A stretch of 64,000 bases of DNA, from NCBI RefSeq assembly GCF_030028105.1, contig NC_092380.1, positions 67,825,717 to 67,889,716 on the forward strand, given 5' to 3'. This document shows positions 36,851 through 49,922 of the stretch, in pieces (within the stretch, counting starts at the first letter, position 1; the number at the start of each line of letters is the position of its first letter). The stretch comes from Mobula birostris (Eukaryota). Made by a program: the position numbers and the translations under genes. The notes under the pieces are model-generated. The model saw only the letters and a program-made list of their open reading frames with translations. It was not told where the DNA came from and did not search any database.

Positions 36851-38636
36851 GTATAAAATAATGGGTTGCAGGAATTTTTCCTGTAATGTTCTATGTTCAA
36901 CTTTCTAAATATAAAACAATTGTTGCTGAGTTTAAATTCACAACGGAAAAATGATGAGTGACAAATGATTAGCAATATCATTCTTATCTGGTGAAAATGA
37001 AATTGTCACATTGTTCTGGTCAAATATGCTCCTTTAGTGATGAATCATATCACATTAAAGTTACGATAAGAAGATGCACAACTTTGATTTATTTAGACTT
37101 TCACTACTTTTGCTGTTAAAATGGAAATGCCAATTGTCTATATTATTCCAAAGAAAGTGAACCTTCCTCAATTCGACATTGCAGAGTGTATATGGCATTC
37201 TATCTTGTGTGCATTCATTATAGATACAAAGGAATACAACAGAATTAATGAAAAACTACACACAGACAAGCAACCAATAAGCAAAATATGACAAATTGCA
37301 AATACAGAAAAACAAATAATAATAACACCAATAATATTGAGAACATGAGTCCATAGGTTGTGGAATCAGTTCAGTGATGAGGTGAGTGAAGTTGTCCATG
37401 CTGGTTCAAGTGCCTAATGGTTGACGGGTTGATGGTTGAGCCTGGTGGGGTGGAACCTCGGACTTGTGTACCTCCTTCCCGATGGGTAGCGATGGAAAAG
37501 AGTATAGCTTGGATGGTGGGGAGTCCTTGATGATGGATGCTACTTTCTTGTGCCACTGCTCCTGCCCATTAGAGATCTGTAGTTGAAGAATAACCTGGCG
37601 TTATTGGAGAGGGTGTACCAGGTTATATATCCAGCAGTACTGACAGAATGGTATAAGTTTCTAAGACTGGATGGTTGATGAGGAACTTGGTAGTGTTCCA
37701 AAATACCTACTGCTCCTGCCCTTCTGGGCGGAAGAACTTGAGGATTTGGAAGATACTGTCAGAGTAGCCCTAAATGAGTGAAGGGAATAAATGTTTAAGG
37801 GATGCATTGGGTGCTAGTCAGGTAGGGTTGCTTTGTTCTGCTAGTCACAAAAAATTTGAGAATTATTAAAGTCACATTTACCTAAATGTATTCCTTGTAG
37901 ATAGTGGTAAAACTTGGGCTGATGGGGTATCTTAGAAGGAAGGTCAAATTTTTACATATTTACGTATGGATCTGAAAACTATTTACAACTTTCAGTACTT
38001 CAAGAAAAAACTCTGATGGTGATTCAGGCTATCAGATTTTATTACCATTCCAAAGACATGTTCAAAAGCCTCCCACAATGAATACCTGACATCATTCATG
38101 CTATTAGATGATTTCATGAAGTCAGCTAGCATAAAAAAATGATTAATGGTGTCCTGTAAAAACATAACCCACCCAATAAATCCATTATTAAAGGAATTTA
38201 GAGGGAGGAGGACATCATAACAACAATCTCATTGAGATGGAACATATAGTACAAACTAACATTTACATTAGCATAGGAGTATTTGAGAGATTTTAATTAA
38301 AGGAAGAAAGAGGAGTAACTTGTATACAAATATTCCCTGCACTCCCCATAATATTTCTTGCCTGATTAAGATTCATGGCTTTTTCTAACAATCCATCAGC
38401 TTATGATTAGTATGACATTTGTTGAATAAAAATGCTGGGACAATTGTTAAATAATACCAATTTAGCTTTTTGTTTTACATAAAAATTTTGAGAATAAATT
38501 CATATCCTGAAGTGTGTCAGACAGTATATAGTCCAGCAAAAATGCCTAATGCTACAGTTTCAAAACAGATAATTCTAGAATGGAATGAATAACTGTAAAA
38601 AAGTTTGGTGGAGAAAACAATTAACTTAAGCTGCAG

Positions 38637-39608
38637 ACACGAGGAATTCTGCAGATGCTGGAAATTCAAGCAACACACATCAAAGTTGCTGGTGAACGCA
38701 GCAGGCCAGGCAGCATCTCTAGGAAGAGGTACAGTCGACGTTTTGGGCTGAGACCCTCCGTCAGGACTAACTGAAGGAAGAGCTAGTAAGAGATTTGAAA
38801 GTGGGAGGGGGAGGGGGAGATCCAAAATGATAGGAGAAGACCTTACACTTCCTCCTTTACCACCATTCAGGGCCCCAGACAGGCCTTCCAGGTGAGGCGA
38901 CACTTCACCTGTGAGTCGGCTGGGGTGATATACTGCATCCAGTGCTCCCGATGTGTCTATATATTGGCGAAACACGATGCAGACTGGGAGATCGTTTTGC
39001 TGAACACCTATGCTCTGTCTGCCAGAGAAAGCAGGATCTCCCAGTGGCCACACATTTTAATTCCACATCCCATTCCCATTCTGACATGTCTATCCACAGC
39101 CTCCCCTACTGTAAAGATGAAGCCACACTCAGGTTGGAGGAACAACACCTTATATTCCGTCTGGGTAGCCTCCAACCTGATGGCATGAACATTGACTTCT
39201 CTAACTTCCGCTAATGCCCCACCTCCCCCTCGTACCCCATCCGTTATTTATTTATATACACACATTCTTTCTCTCTCTCTCCTTTTTCTTCCTCTGTCCC
39301 TCTGACTATACCCCTTGCCCATCCTCTGGGTTTTCCCTCCCTCCCCCTTTTCCTTCTCTCTGGGCTTCCTGTCCCATGATCCTTTCATATCCCTTTTGCC
39401 AATCAACTGTCCAGCTCTTGGCTCCATCCCTCCCCCTCCTGTCTTCTCCTATCATTTTGGATCTCCCCCTCCCCCTCCCACTTTCAAATCTCTTACTAGC
39501 TCTTCCTTCAGTTAGTCCTGACGAAGGGTCTCGACCCAAAACATCGACTGTACATCTTCCTAGAGATGCTGCCTGGCCTGCTGCGTTCACCAGCAACTTT
39601 GATGTGTG
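38637..39608 (+). mobile_element. Penelope-like element: GIY-YIG remnant and tail, with an inverted copy of the tail at its 5' side (38637-38840)
   Basis: FTCESAGVIYCIQC / LYIGETRCRLGDRFAEH (frameshifted); 15-bp direct repeat TAACTTAAGCTGCAG at 38622-38636 and 39609-39623. Confidence 0.9.
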
Positions 39609-40944
39609 TAACTTAAGCTGCAGGTCCATTCAGCTATCTTTTACTCAATTGGAGAAAATAAACTATAAGGCACAATCTTTTGCCGGATTCCAGATTCAAT
39701 AATTCAGGAAACATCCTCCTTGCATGCACCTTGTTGAGCCTTGTGAAAGTTCTGTGACTTCCAAAGAAATCAAGTTATATTTTTAACCTCTAGGGAATAC
39801 TGATCTAGTCTTTACAATTTCTATTCATTCCTTGACATCTCTAGAATCTGCTTAGCAAACTGTTGTAATACTTCCTCCATGGTGAGATTTATTTTTAGTA
39901 AGGAGAGCAGAACTGTACACACACTCCAGGTGCATTCTCAGCAAGATCTTCAATAATTGCAGTAAATCCTCTTTACTCCTCTACTCAAATTTTCTTATAA
40001 TAAAGCACAGCAAACAATTTGCTTTTATCAGCTTTCAATGGTTTGTGTATATAGTCAACATCCTTCCTTACTCCATCCCTGCCCTGTCTTTACATATAAA
40101 TTTAATTTGCCAATAACCCTTTGAAGCATTTTAAATCCTCCTGTTTACTCAGCATCCCACCCAGTGTTGAGTAATCATTAAACTTGGATATACTGTATAA
40201 TAATAGATGCCTTTGACAAAATATTGATAGTGTTTGAAAATAACCAAGAGTTATGCATTGACTTCTGATAAGATGAGAAAGACCAGTCTATTCCCATTCT
40301 TTGTTCTTTTTTTTCTGTCTGTTACCAAATTCTGAAACAGTACCAGTACATTATTCACAGTTCCATGTGACCTACCTCCTGCATAGGATTTCAACATATA
40401 TCTTATGCAAAGCAAAATGTACTATACCTACTAACTCCTCTTTATCTTTTCAACCAGTCACATCCTCAAAGAACTCCAGAAGATTCGTCAAGCATGATCT
40501 TGCTTTCATAATCTTCAAAAGCCAAAGCCTCATAAAGATGACATTAATCATTAAGGGCCTCACTGTCTAAGACATGCCCTCTTCTCATTTCTACAACCAT
40601 GGACGAGGTATAGGAGCCTTAAGACCCAAACTCAATGTTTTCAGGACAGCTTCTTACCCTCTGCCATCAGATTTCTAAATGGTCCATGAACTCTTGAATA
40701 CAATCTCACTACTCTGTGTTTGCACTATTTATCTATATAGTGTAAATTATAGTAACATTTTACGTGTTGCACTCTACCATTGCCACAAAACAACAGATTT
40801 TGCAATGTATGTTAGTGATAGCAAACCAGATGTTAATTCTGATTCTGATTCTAAATCTATGCTAATTCTGCTACTCCCATCATTCCTTTCCAGATCTTCT
40901 GTTATTACAGCTTCTTTACGGATTCCCAGCAACTCATAGATTTA

Positions 40945-41163
40945 CCCCTAGCCTAGTCACGGGGCAATTTACGATGACCAGTTAACCTACTAATCAGTAT
41001 ATTTTTTGACTGTGGGAGGAAACCTGGGCACCTGGGGTAAACCCACAGGCACACAAGAAGGAACATACAAACTTGCATACAGAGGACACTGGAACTGAAC
41101 TCCAAACTCCTACATCCGAGCTGTAATAGTGTTGCACTAATCATGATGCTACCATGGCACACC
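40945..41163 (-). mobile_element. V-SINE (HE1-like) copy
   Basis: Minus strand has a tRNA-like head followed by GTGGGTTTACCCCAGGTGCCCAGGTTTCCTCCCACAGTCAAAAAA, similar to the V-domain. Confidence 0.65.
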
Positions 41164-42611
41164 CACTGCTTTCCCCTTCCTTTTTTGGTCAGATAGTGGA
41201 GACCCCTTTGTTGCCCTCTATTCTGCAAGGACAATTCCAGCTGTGTAAAATTTTGAAAGCTGATAACCAAAGCATCTGTTGAACACTTCTTTCAGCATTC
41301 TGATATGTAGTTCATTGATTCCTTGAGACCTGTTAGCTTTTAATCACACCAACTTCTCTATTACTTACTTTTAATGCTAATCCTGAGTCATCCTTCATAA
41401 ACTTTGATTTTACAGTATTTATGGCTGTTCTTTTGTGTCACCTGTTGTGGCAGTAGATATAAAGAATTTATTTATTTCTCTGGTATTTCCTTATTCATTC
41501 ATATAAACTCCCCAGCACTGTCTTTAAAAGACACATTTATTCTTGCTTTTCTTCCTTATTAGGGGGAGAGATTGTGGATAGTGTTGTTATGGAATAGATG
41601 CAATTCTCTGTTGCAAGGATCAAAAGTCCAAAGACAGTTGTTGTCTCCCAGGTGCTTGTGTTCGGGACATCTCACTTGGCTCGCAGAGAAATTTGATGTA
41701 AGGGGGAGAAGATCCAGTTGTCTTGGTCATTGTGAGTACCAATGATGTTGGAAGAACGAGGAAAGGGGTTATGCTGAGGAGAATTTGAGCAATTAGGTAG
41801 TAAATTAAAATGCAGAAACAGAAAGATAATAATCTCTGGGATGTTACCTGAGCCACATGCACACTGGCACAGGGTTAATAAGATCAGAATTAAATGCATG
41901 GCTCAAAGATTGGTGTGGGAAAAGAGGGTTTTGGTTTGTGTGTCATCGGCACCTATATTGGCGGGGGGGGGGGGGGGAGGGAGCTGTTTTGATAGGATGG
42001 ATCTCCACCTGAACCATGCAGGCACCAGGGTCCTGGCAAATCACATAACTAGGGCTGTGGATAGGGCTTTAAACTAAATAGTAAGGGATGGGTTTAGCAG
42101 CTTGGGAAAGAAAGGATGAAATAAAGAGAAGGAGAGAGCAGGAGAGGTTATGGAAGTCTCAAGAATAAAGAAAATGACAACATTTAGGAAGGGATAAGAA
42201 CTTAACTTCAGCCAACATTGAGGTAAAATTGAAAAGAAGAGTGGTGAGCACAGGATTTAATGGGTTTTACTTCATGCGGCTTATGAAATAGGGTAAAGGA
42301 TCTTGTAGCACAGTGGAAGTTGACAGGTCTGATGTTGTGAGCATCACAGAGTCATGGTTGAAAGAAGATCATAGCAGGGAGATTAACCTTGTATTGAAAT
42401 GACAGGCAGGTAGGCACAGGAGGTGGGGTGGCTCTGTTTGTAAATAAAAATGAAATCAAATCCTGAGAAAGAAGGGACATAGCATCAAAAATTTAGAATC
42501 CTTGTAAGCAGAGTTCAGAAATTGCAAGGATTAAAATAAAAATCTGAAGGGAGTTATATACAGGATTCTGAACAGTAGCCAGGATGTGGGTTAAAAATTA
42601 CAATGTGAAAA

Positions 42612-44275
42612 TCTTTTTTCGATAATGTAGACTCAAAAATTTCCTCATATATATGGCAGAATAAAAACCCTAGGTTAGGTAAAAGGTATTTACAGAAACC
42701 TAAAACGGAGGGGGGGCTTGCCCTCCCAAATTTCAGATTCTATTATTGGACAATTAATATTCGATATTTAAAATTTTGGTTATGAGATTTGGATGTATCT
42801 TTAAATCCACAGTGGGTAAATCTTGAATGTAATTCATTACAAGGGTTTTCCTTGGGTTCGGTTTTAGGAACTTCGCTTCCTTTTACTTCTTCCAAATTGT
42901 ATAAACAAATAAATAATCCAATAGTTAAGCATACTTTACGTATATGGTTTCAATTTCGAAGATTTTTTGGGTTTAATCAATTTATTTTAGCAAGTCCTAT
43001 TATATCTAATTTCCTTTTTCAACCTTTCACTATGGATCAAGCTTACTTTGGAAAACCAAAGGTATAATACGTTTTCATGATCTATTTTTGGATAATTGTT
43101 TCATGTCTTTTGATCAACTTTCTAATAAATATAACTTACCCAGATCTCACTTTTTTAGATACCTACAGATTAGAAACTTTTTAATTACTGTTTCTCATAA
43201 TTTTCCACACCCATATCCAATGGACACTTTGGAAAAAAATTTAGATTTAAATCTCTCTCAGAAAAGTGTTGTAGTAATTATATATAATATAATTATGAAT
43301 TTATGTCCTGATGTTTCCAATAAAATTAAAGCTGACTGGGAAAGTGAACTTAACATTATTATACCGAGGGAGAAATGGGAAAAAATCCTCTATATGTGCT
43401 AAACCTGTGTTGATACAGTTTAAAGTAGTACACAGGGCTCATATGTCTAAAGATAAACTATCTCGTTATTATTCTTATATAAATCCTATATGTGATAGAT
43501 GTCATTCTGAGATAGCTTCTTTAACTCACATGTTTTGGTCATGTCCTTTGTTGGAAAAATGCTGGAAAGATATTTTTGACATGATTTCAATGGTTTTGAA
43601 TATAGACTTACAACCTCATCCAATTACTGCTATCTTTGGATTACCAATGATAGATTCAAATTATCTAACCTCTTCAGCACGTAGGATGATTGCATTTCTT
43701 ACTCTAATGGCTAGAAGATCAATTTTGCTGAATTGGAAAGAGATTAACCCTCCTACAGTATTTCATTGGTTTTCACAAACTATGGTATGTTTGAAATTGG
43801 AAAAAATTAGAAGTGCAGTTTATTACCCTTCCATTAGATTTGAAAAAACTTGGAGGCCATTCATTCAGCATTTTCATTTGATGTAATTTGACCATTTCCA
43901 AACTTGTTTTATTTCTCTGTACTGTTGGTTGAGAGGAATGAAGTCGTCGACACTATGGTTTTCTTTTTTCCCATTTTCAAGTTGGTAGTATTGCCCAAGT
44001 ATTTTAGTTTAGTTGACTAATTCTGTTTAGTTTAGTTTTTTTGGGGGTGGGGTTTGTTTTTTTTTCTTTTTCTTTTCTTTTTCATGATTTTTCTTCAGTT
44101 TTTTTTTGCTTTGTATTATTCTTTATTATTCTGCACAATTGGGAGCTTTGTTAACTTTTACTATTTGGTTTTACAATTACTCATTTTAAATGTAACAATG
44201 TATCTCCTACTACTTGTATTTTTGCTCGTTATGTTTTCATTCTATGAAATTAATAAAAAGATTGAAAAAGAAAGA
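42612..44275 (+). mobile_element. L1/Tx1-clade LINE 3' fragment
   Basis: GGLALP-like motif at ~42710, HFFRYLQIR, CCHC knuckle CDRCHSEIASLTHMFWSC, T-rich 3' UTR, AATAAA and A-rich tail. Confidence 0.9.
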
Positions 44276-44296
44276 AAAGGCATGTGAAAAAGGCAA

Positions 44297-45160
44297 CATT
44301 CAAAGATTCAAAGTACTATCAAAGTATGTATGTATGCAGGATACACCCTGAGATTTGTCTTCCCACAGACAGCCATGAAATGAAGAAACAGCATGAAACC
44401 TGTTCAAAGAAAACATTGAACACCGAACGTGCAATAAAAGAAAGTATCTTGCAAATGGCAAAAAAATGAGTGAGAAACACAATACAAAACATCAAACCAC
44501 AGAGTCATTGAAACAGTCTAGGAGTTTAGTTCAGTTCAGTTCAATTCAGCACTGTGTTCTTCATTAACTGCAGACCACAGTGCCAATCTCCCAATTCAAG
44601 ACCACACAAAATAGCAATAAAAAAAGGAGTAACCAGAAATACATCATAACATGAACTAAAGAGTCCAATCGACAAAACGCAACAATTAAACTTTGCCCAA
44701 GACCCAAGACTCCTGCACCATCCTCCGGCATCATTGAGCAAGAGGGAGAGAGAGACCAGTCAAATGCAGGCACCTTCCTCCAGCAGCAACAAGTGAGAGG
44801 GAGAGAGAGAGAGACCAGTCAAACGTAGGCAGGCAGCACTGAACATTGGCTCGCCTTCTGCTCTCATCCGCGTTGATTTCAATCTTGCTCAACACGTTAA
44901 TCAGTGAGATCGGCGAGAAATGGAGTCAATCATGGGTTCTTCAGGCTTCTTGCCTCCAGGCCACACACCCTGCTCGAAATCTCACTGAACTCCCTCGGAG
45001 GCAGCGAAGTACCAGATCGCACAGTCAGCCCGAAAACACACCATCATAGGTTCCAACAATAAAACAATCATTTTTTTTAAAAAAGCAAAGAAGTAGTTTC
45101 ATGAACTGTCTGAAGGACGTCGTCTTTGGTTGTGTTGTTTGCTGGTGCCATCTTCTTCAG
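44297..45160 (-). mobile_element. ~860-bp non-coding non-autonomous retroposon
   Basis: Reverse-complement homolog of 57944-58822; starts GAAGAAGATGGCACCAGCAA and ends TACTTTGAATCTTTGA. Confidence 0.75.
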
Positions 45161-45213
45161 CATCTTTTTATGATAGTCATAGGAAATTTCACTATACAGG
45201 TTGATTGGGAAAG

Positions 45214-45950
45214 TCACGTTGCAGACTAAGGAGCTGGTGGTAGACCTGAGGAGAGCTAAGGTACCGATGACCCCTGTTTCCATCCAGGGGGTCAGTGTGG
45301 ACATGGTGGAGGATTACAAATACCTGGGGATATGAACTGACAATAAACTGGACTGGTCAAAGAACACTGAGGCTGTCTACGAGAAGGGTCAGAGCCGTCT
45401 GTATTTCTTGAGGAGACTGGGGTCCTTTAACATCTGCCGGACGATGCTGCGGATGTTCTACGAGTCTGTGGTGGCCAGTGCTATCATGTTTGCTGTTGTG
45501 TGCTGGGGCAGCAGGCTGAGAGTAGCAGACACCAACAGAATCAACAAACTCATTCGTAAGGCCAGTGATGTTGTGGGGACAGAACTGGACTCTCTGACTG
45601 TGGTGTCTGAAAAGAGGATGCTGTCCAAGTTGCATGCCATCTTGGACAATGTCTCCCATCCACTATATAATGTACTGCGTGGGCACAGGAGTACATTCAG
45701 CCAGAGACTCATTCCACCGAGATGCAACACAGAACGTCATAGGAAGTCATTCCTGCCTGTGGCCATCAAACTTTACAACTCTTCCCTTGGAGGGTCAGAC
45801 ACCCTGAACCAATAGGCTGGTCCTGGACTTATTTTCTGGCATAATTTACATATTACTATTTAACTATTTATGGTTTTATTACTATTTAATTATTTATGGT
45901 GCAACTGTAACGAAAACCAATTTCCCCCGGGATCAATAAAGTATGACTAT
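45214..45950 (+). mobile_element. Young Rex1/Babar 3' fragment (ORF 45408-45815)
   Basis: TKELVVDLRR..YKYLG; RRLGSFNIC..FYESVVASA..HPL..RHRKSFLPVAIKLYN; AATAAA-(GTATGAC) tail. Confidence 0.88.
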
Positions 45951-46505
45951 GAATACCAAGAACAGGAATTTATAGAATGTCTACGAGATAGCTTTTGGCC
46001 AGGATCACGAGGGAAAAGGAAATTCTGGATTGCATGTTGATTAATGAACCAGATTTGATTAGGGAGTTTAAGGTAAGGTAACTCTTGGGAGGCAGTGGTC
46101 ATAAATGATAGAATTCACCCTGCATTTTGAGTGGGAGGAGCTAAAATCAGATCTATCAGCATTACTGTTGAGTAAAGGTAACTACAGAGGCATGAGAGAG
46201 AATCTGGGCAAAGGAGTTTGGAAGGGTAACTGGCAGGGATGATGGTGGAGCAGCAAAGGCCGGAGTTCCTGAGAGTAATTTGGAAGACACAGGATTGGTT
46301 GATAATAATGAAGAAGAAGCATCCTAAAGAAAGGATGAGGCAACTGTGGCTGACAAGGACAGTTAAGGACATCATAAAAGCTAAAGAGAGGGCATATAGT
46401 ATTGCAACAATCAGGGGGAAGCTAGAAGATTTGAAGATTTTTAAAGCCAACAGCATAGAAGGCAACTAAAAAAGCCCAAAGGGGAAAAAAGATGAAATAT
46501 GACAA

Positions 46506-49500
46506 GGTGGTCTTCTCACAAATTCTGCCATGCCACGTGCCAGTCCAGGTGAGATGAAGGAGATTAGAAGATTTAACATGTGGCTCAAATCATGGTGTAG
46601 CTTAGAGGGGCATAGTTTATGGGACATTGAGGCTCCTTTTGGGGCAGGTGGAATCTGTACCACTGGGACAGGTTCCATTTGAACCGGAGGGGCACCAATG
46701 TGCTGGGCAGGCATATGCTTCAGTTAGTTAAGGACTGTGTAAACTAGGGAAAGGGATTGGGGTCAGGGAACTTGGAAGAGTCCAGGCTCAACTGTTTAAA
46801 CACCTTAGTGGAGAATAACATATTAGGATATAAACCAATTGTAGGCTTCAAAAATATATAAATGGGTTGGAATAGGATGAAAAACATCAGTAATAGACTA
46901 AGGTCGGCCTGTATAAATGCAAGAAGTATTAAGAATAAAATAAATGAGCTGGAATTATATGCAAGAGCATACAGATATGAGATAATAGCCATAACAGAAA
47001 CCTGGCTGATCTCAAAGGATGGTGATAAATATAATGTTAAAGGATATACTTTACTGAGGAAAGATGTAGGCAAGATCATAAAGGTGGAGGAGGAATCATA
47101 TACATAAGACAGGTTTTAAATGTGAGGCTGCTTATGATAAGAGATAAATCAAGACTTATTGAGGATATCTGGGTGAGAATTGAAAGCTATAAGGAAAGGA
47201 ATAACATCTGATAGTGATTTTAATAAACAAGCCTATCAGAATATTAGTTCTGAGGGTGATGTTATAGTTACGGGTAACTTTAATTTCCCAAATATTGAAT
47301 GGGAGAACCCAGAGGTTAATGGATTCCAGGAAACTGAATTCATTGAGTTATTGAATGATTGTTTTTTGACCCAGTATGTTAATGCACCAGCAAGAGGGGT
47401 GGCCTGTCTAGCTTTAATATTCCGTAACAACTGGGATAGAATTTTGAGTACAGAAGTTGTTGAGCCTTTGGGAACAAGTGATCATAACATTTATAGTCTC
47501 GAAGTTTTTTGGTAGAGAATATCAGTAAAAACCAAAGCCATTAAATTGAATTTCAGAAAGGCAAAGTTTGTGCAGATGCAGCCAAGATTTCAGAGGGTAA
47601 GCTGGAAGGAACTGCTTGACATTGAGTCAGCTGAGGTCGATATAAAGAGGTAATACATGCAGTGCACGAAACGTTCATACCTATGGTTGAGAGAAGCAAT
47701 AAAACAATAAATCAACTATATGGATAAATAAAGACATACATAAAAATTATTGAAGAAAAGACAGCTATATAAGGAGCACAGAAAAAAAGAGTTAGGAGGG
47801 AAATTTGGATTGGCAAAGGGCAGTTTAAGAAGGATATTGCTGATAATGCTAAGATTGACCCCAAGACAGTTTTTTCAATACTTTAGTAGGAAAGGAAAAG
47901 TCAAGCAGGAAGTTCAGTGTATTAGGAATAATAGTGGGGTGTTTAATTATGCAGAGAAGGACATAGCAGATACTCTTAACTCATATTTTGCTGAAGTGTT
48001 CACCTGTGAAGATGTTAGCGACATGCCAGTAAGTATAGAGAAAAATAATATTGTTTTAGGTTACTTATAGATCTTAGAAAATGAGGTCCTGCTTTAGCTG
48101 GAAAAACTACAAGTAAATAAATCTCCAGGGCCAGACAGCATATATCCGAGGGTACTTGGAGAGCTCTGTGATTATATATACAACAACCAAACATGTGTTT
48201 TTCAGGTGTGTTATGTAGGACTAGATGTTAATATCCCTTATTTGCACTCCTGAGACATGCTGCCTAGACTCTGTGGGGTGGCCCAGTGAGTGGTGGCATC
48301 TTCTGGGTTAACAAGTGGGCGCCCTCTTTCCTCAGTGTTTCACTGATAGGCCCACAACACCTCCGGAGGGTTCAGCAATGAATCCCGGCATCCCGGGCTC
48401 ACCCCCTAGATGCCTTTCACTCACTTGGGTTCCTAGATAGAATCCTTTCTCTTCATCCAGAGCCACTGACTACCCTTTTTCAGCAGCTCTGGAGAGGTCT
48501 TTGACTGCTTGTCAGTGTGTTTCCCTCGCACTCCCAACTCCCAGAGTAGCCTTGAGGTTGATGTGGCTACAAATCCTCTGCAGCCTACTTCCACTGGTCG
48601 GATCCTTGCTTTCCAGCCGCATTCAAAAGTCAGTGAAGACTGGTGAAATCCCTAAGGACTGGAAATGGGCTAACGTTGTCCCAGTACATAAGAAGGGTGA
48701 CTGCAATGACCCTGTAACTATAGACCAATAAGCTTAATGTGTGTTGCAGACAAGATAATGGAAACAATAATAAAGTTTGAGATGGAAAAGCAGCTGATAA
48801 GAACAGGCATGTTAGAGAAAGCCAGCATAATTTACTTGGATCTTCAGAAGGCTTTTGACAATGTACCCCACAAGAGGTTAATAGTCAAATTAGTAGGGAT
48901 TCAGAGTAAGGTGTGTAAATAAGTGCAGAATTGGCTCAAAAGTTGAAGACAGCGAGTTATGGTGAGAGGTTCATTTTCACACCTTGAAGTGGGGTACCGC
49001 AGGGATTAGTTTTGAAGCCACTGCTGTTCTTAATTTATGTTACTGATTTGGAAAAGCAGGTAACAAATAACTAGTAAAGTTTGCCAATGACAAAATTAGG
49101 GGATGGGCTGATAACGTTCCGGCAGCAGAATCCAGATGTGGGTAGATAAATGGCCGGTGAAATTTAATGTAAGTAACGTAAAAAAATTACATATAGGAAA
49201 TAGAAATACTTGATACAAATATAAAATGAGGGGTCTTGAGTTAGAAAGTGTACTCAATGAGAAGGATTTGTGCGTCCTGGTAGACCCATCATTACCAAAA
49301 TCTAGACAATGCACAGAAGCAATTAAGAAAGCTAATAGAATGTTGGGCTATATAAGGTATTCAGTTGAGTTCAAGACAAGAAACGTTCTCCTTAAGCTGT
49401 ATAATGCACTTGTAAGGCCACACCTTGAAAATTGTGTACAATTTTGGTCTCCATTTTGTGTGAGGGATGTGAAGGTACTAGGGAGAGTCCAGAGAAGGGT

Positions 49501-49922
49501 GACTAGACTCATTCCAGGTCTGCAGGGTATAAGCTATAAAGAAAGATAGAAAGAATCAAATCTTTTTAGCCTTAGTAGACATAAAATGAGAGGAGACATG
49601 ATAGCAGTGTTTAAAATCATTCAGAGTGTAAGTAAAGTGGATGCCAGCTGCTGCTTCAAAATTAATCCAACATCAAGGACATGGGGCCATAGGTGGAGAC
49701 TGGTTAAGGGGAGATTTCAGACTAACATCAGGAAGCATTTCTTTATACTGTAAGTTGTGGACACATGGAACAAACTACCTAGTTGTGTAGTTGAGAATAG
49801 TACCTTAGAGACTTTCAAATCTAAACTTGATAGTTATTTCAACACAATATGTGAACAGGAGTTTAGCAAGCTTTGTTGGGCCGAATGGTCTGTTCTTGTA
49901 AAAAATTTCTAATGCTCTAATC
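46506..49922 (+). mobile_element. Second CR1 family nested in the first (ORF1 end, ORF2, tail)
   Basis: ACINARSIKNK..IIAITETWL; LGTSDHN; IPKDWKWANVVPVHKKG; YLDLQKAFD; LYNALVRPHLENCVQFWSP; (TCTAATG)-type tail. Confidence 0.88.
48206..48621 (-). mobile_element. 3' fragment of a restriction-like-endonuclease non-LTR retrotransposon (HERO/NeSL-like)
   Basis: Minus translation CGWKARIRPVEVGCRGFVATSTSRLLWELGVRG..KGSQWLWMKRKDSI*; TTCA at both junctions (48201-48204, 48622-48625). Confidence 0.75.

Noticed and set aside
42603-44290. ATGTGAAAA as TSD of the L1/Tx1 insert
   Set aside because: Both occurrences can be explained as different parts of the host CR1 sequence.
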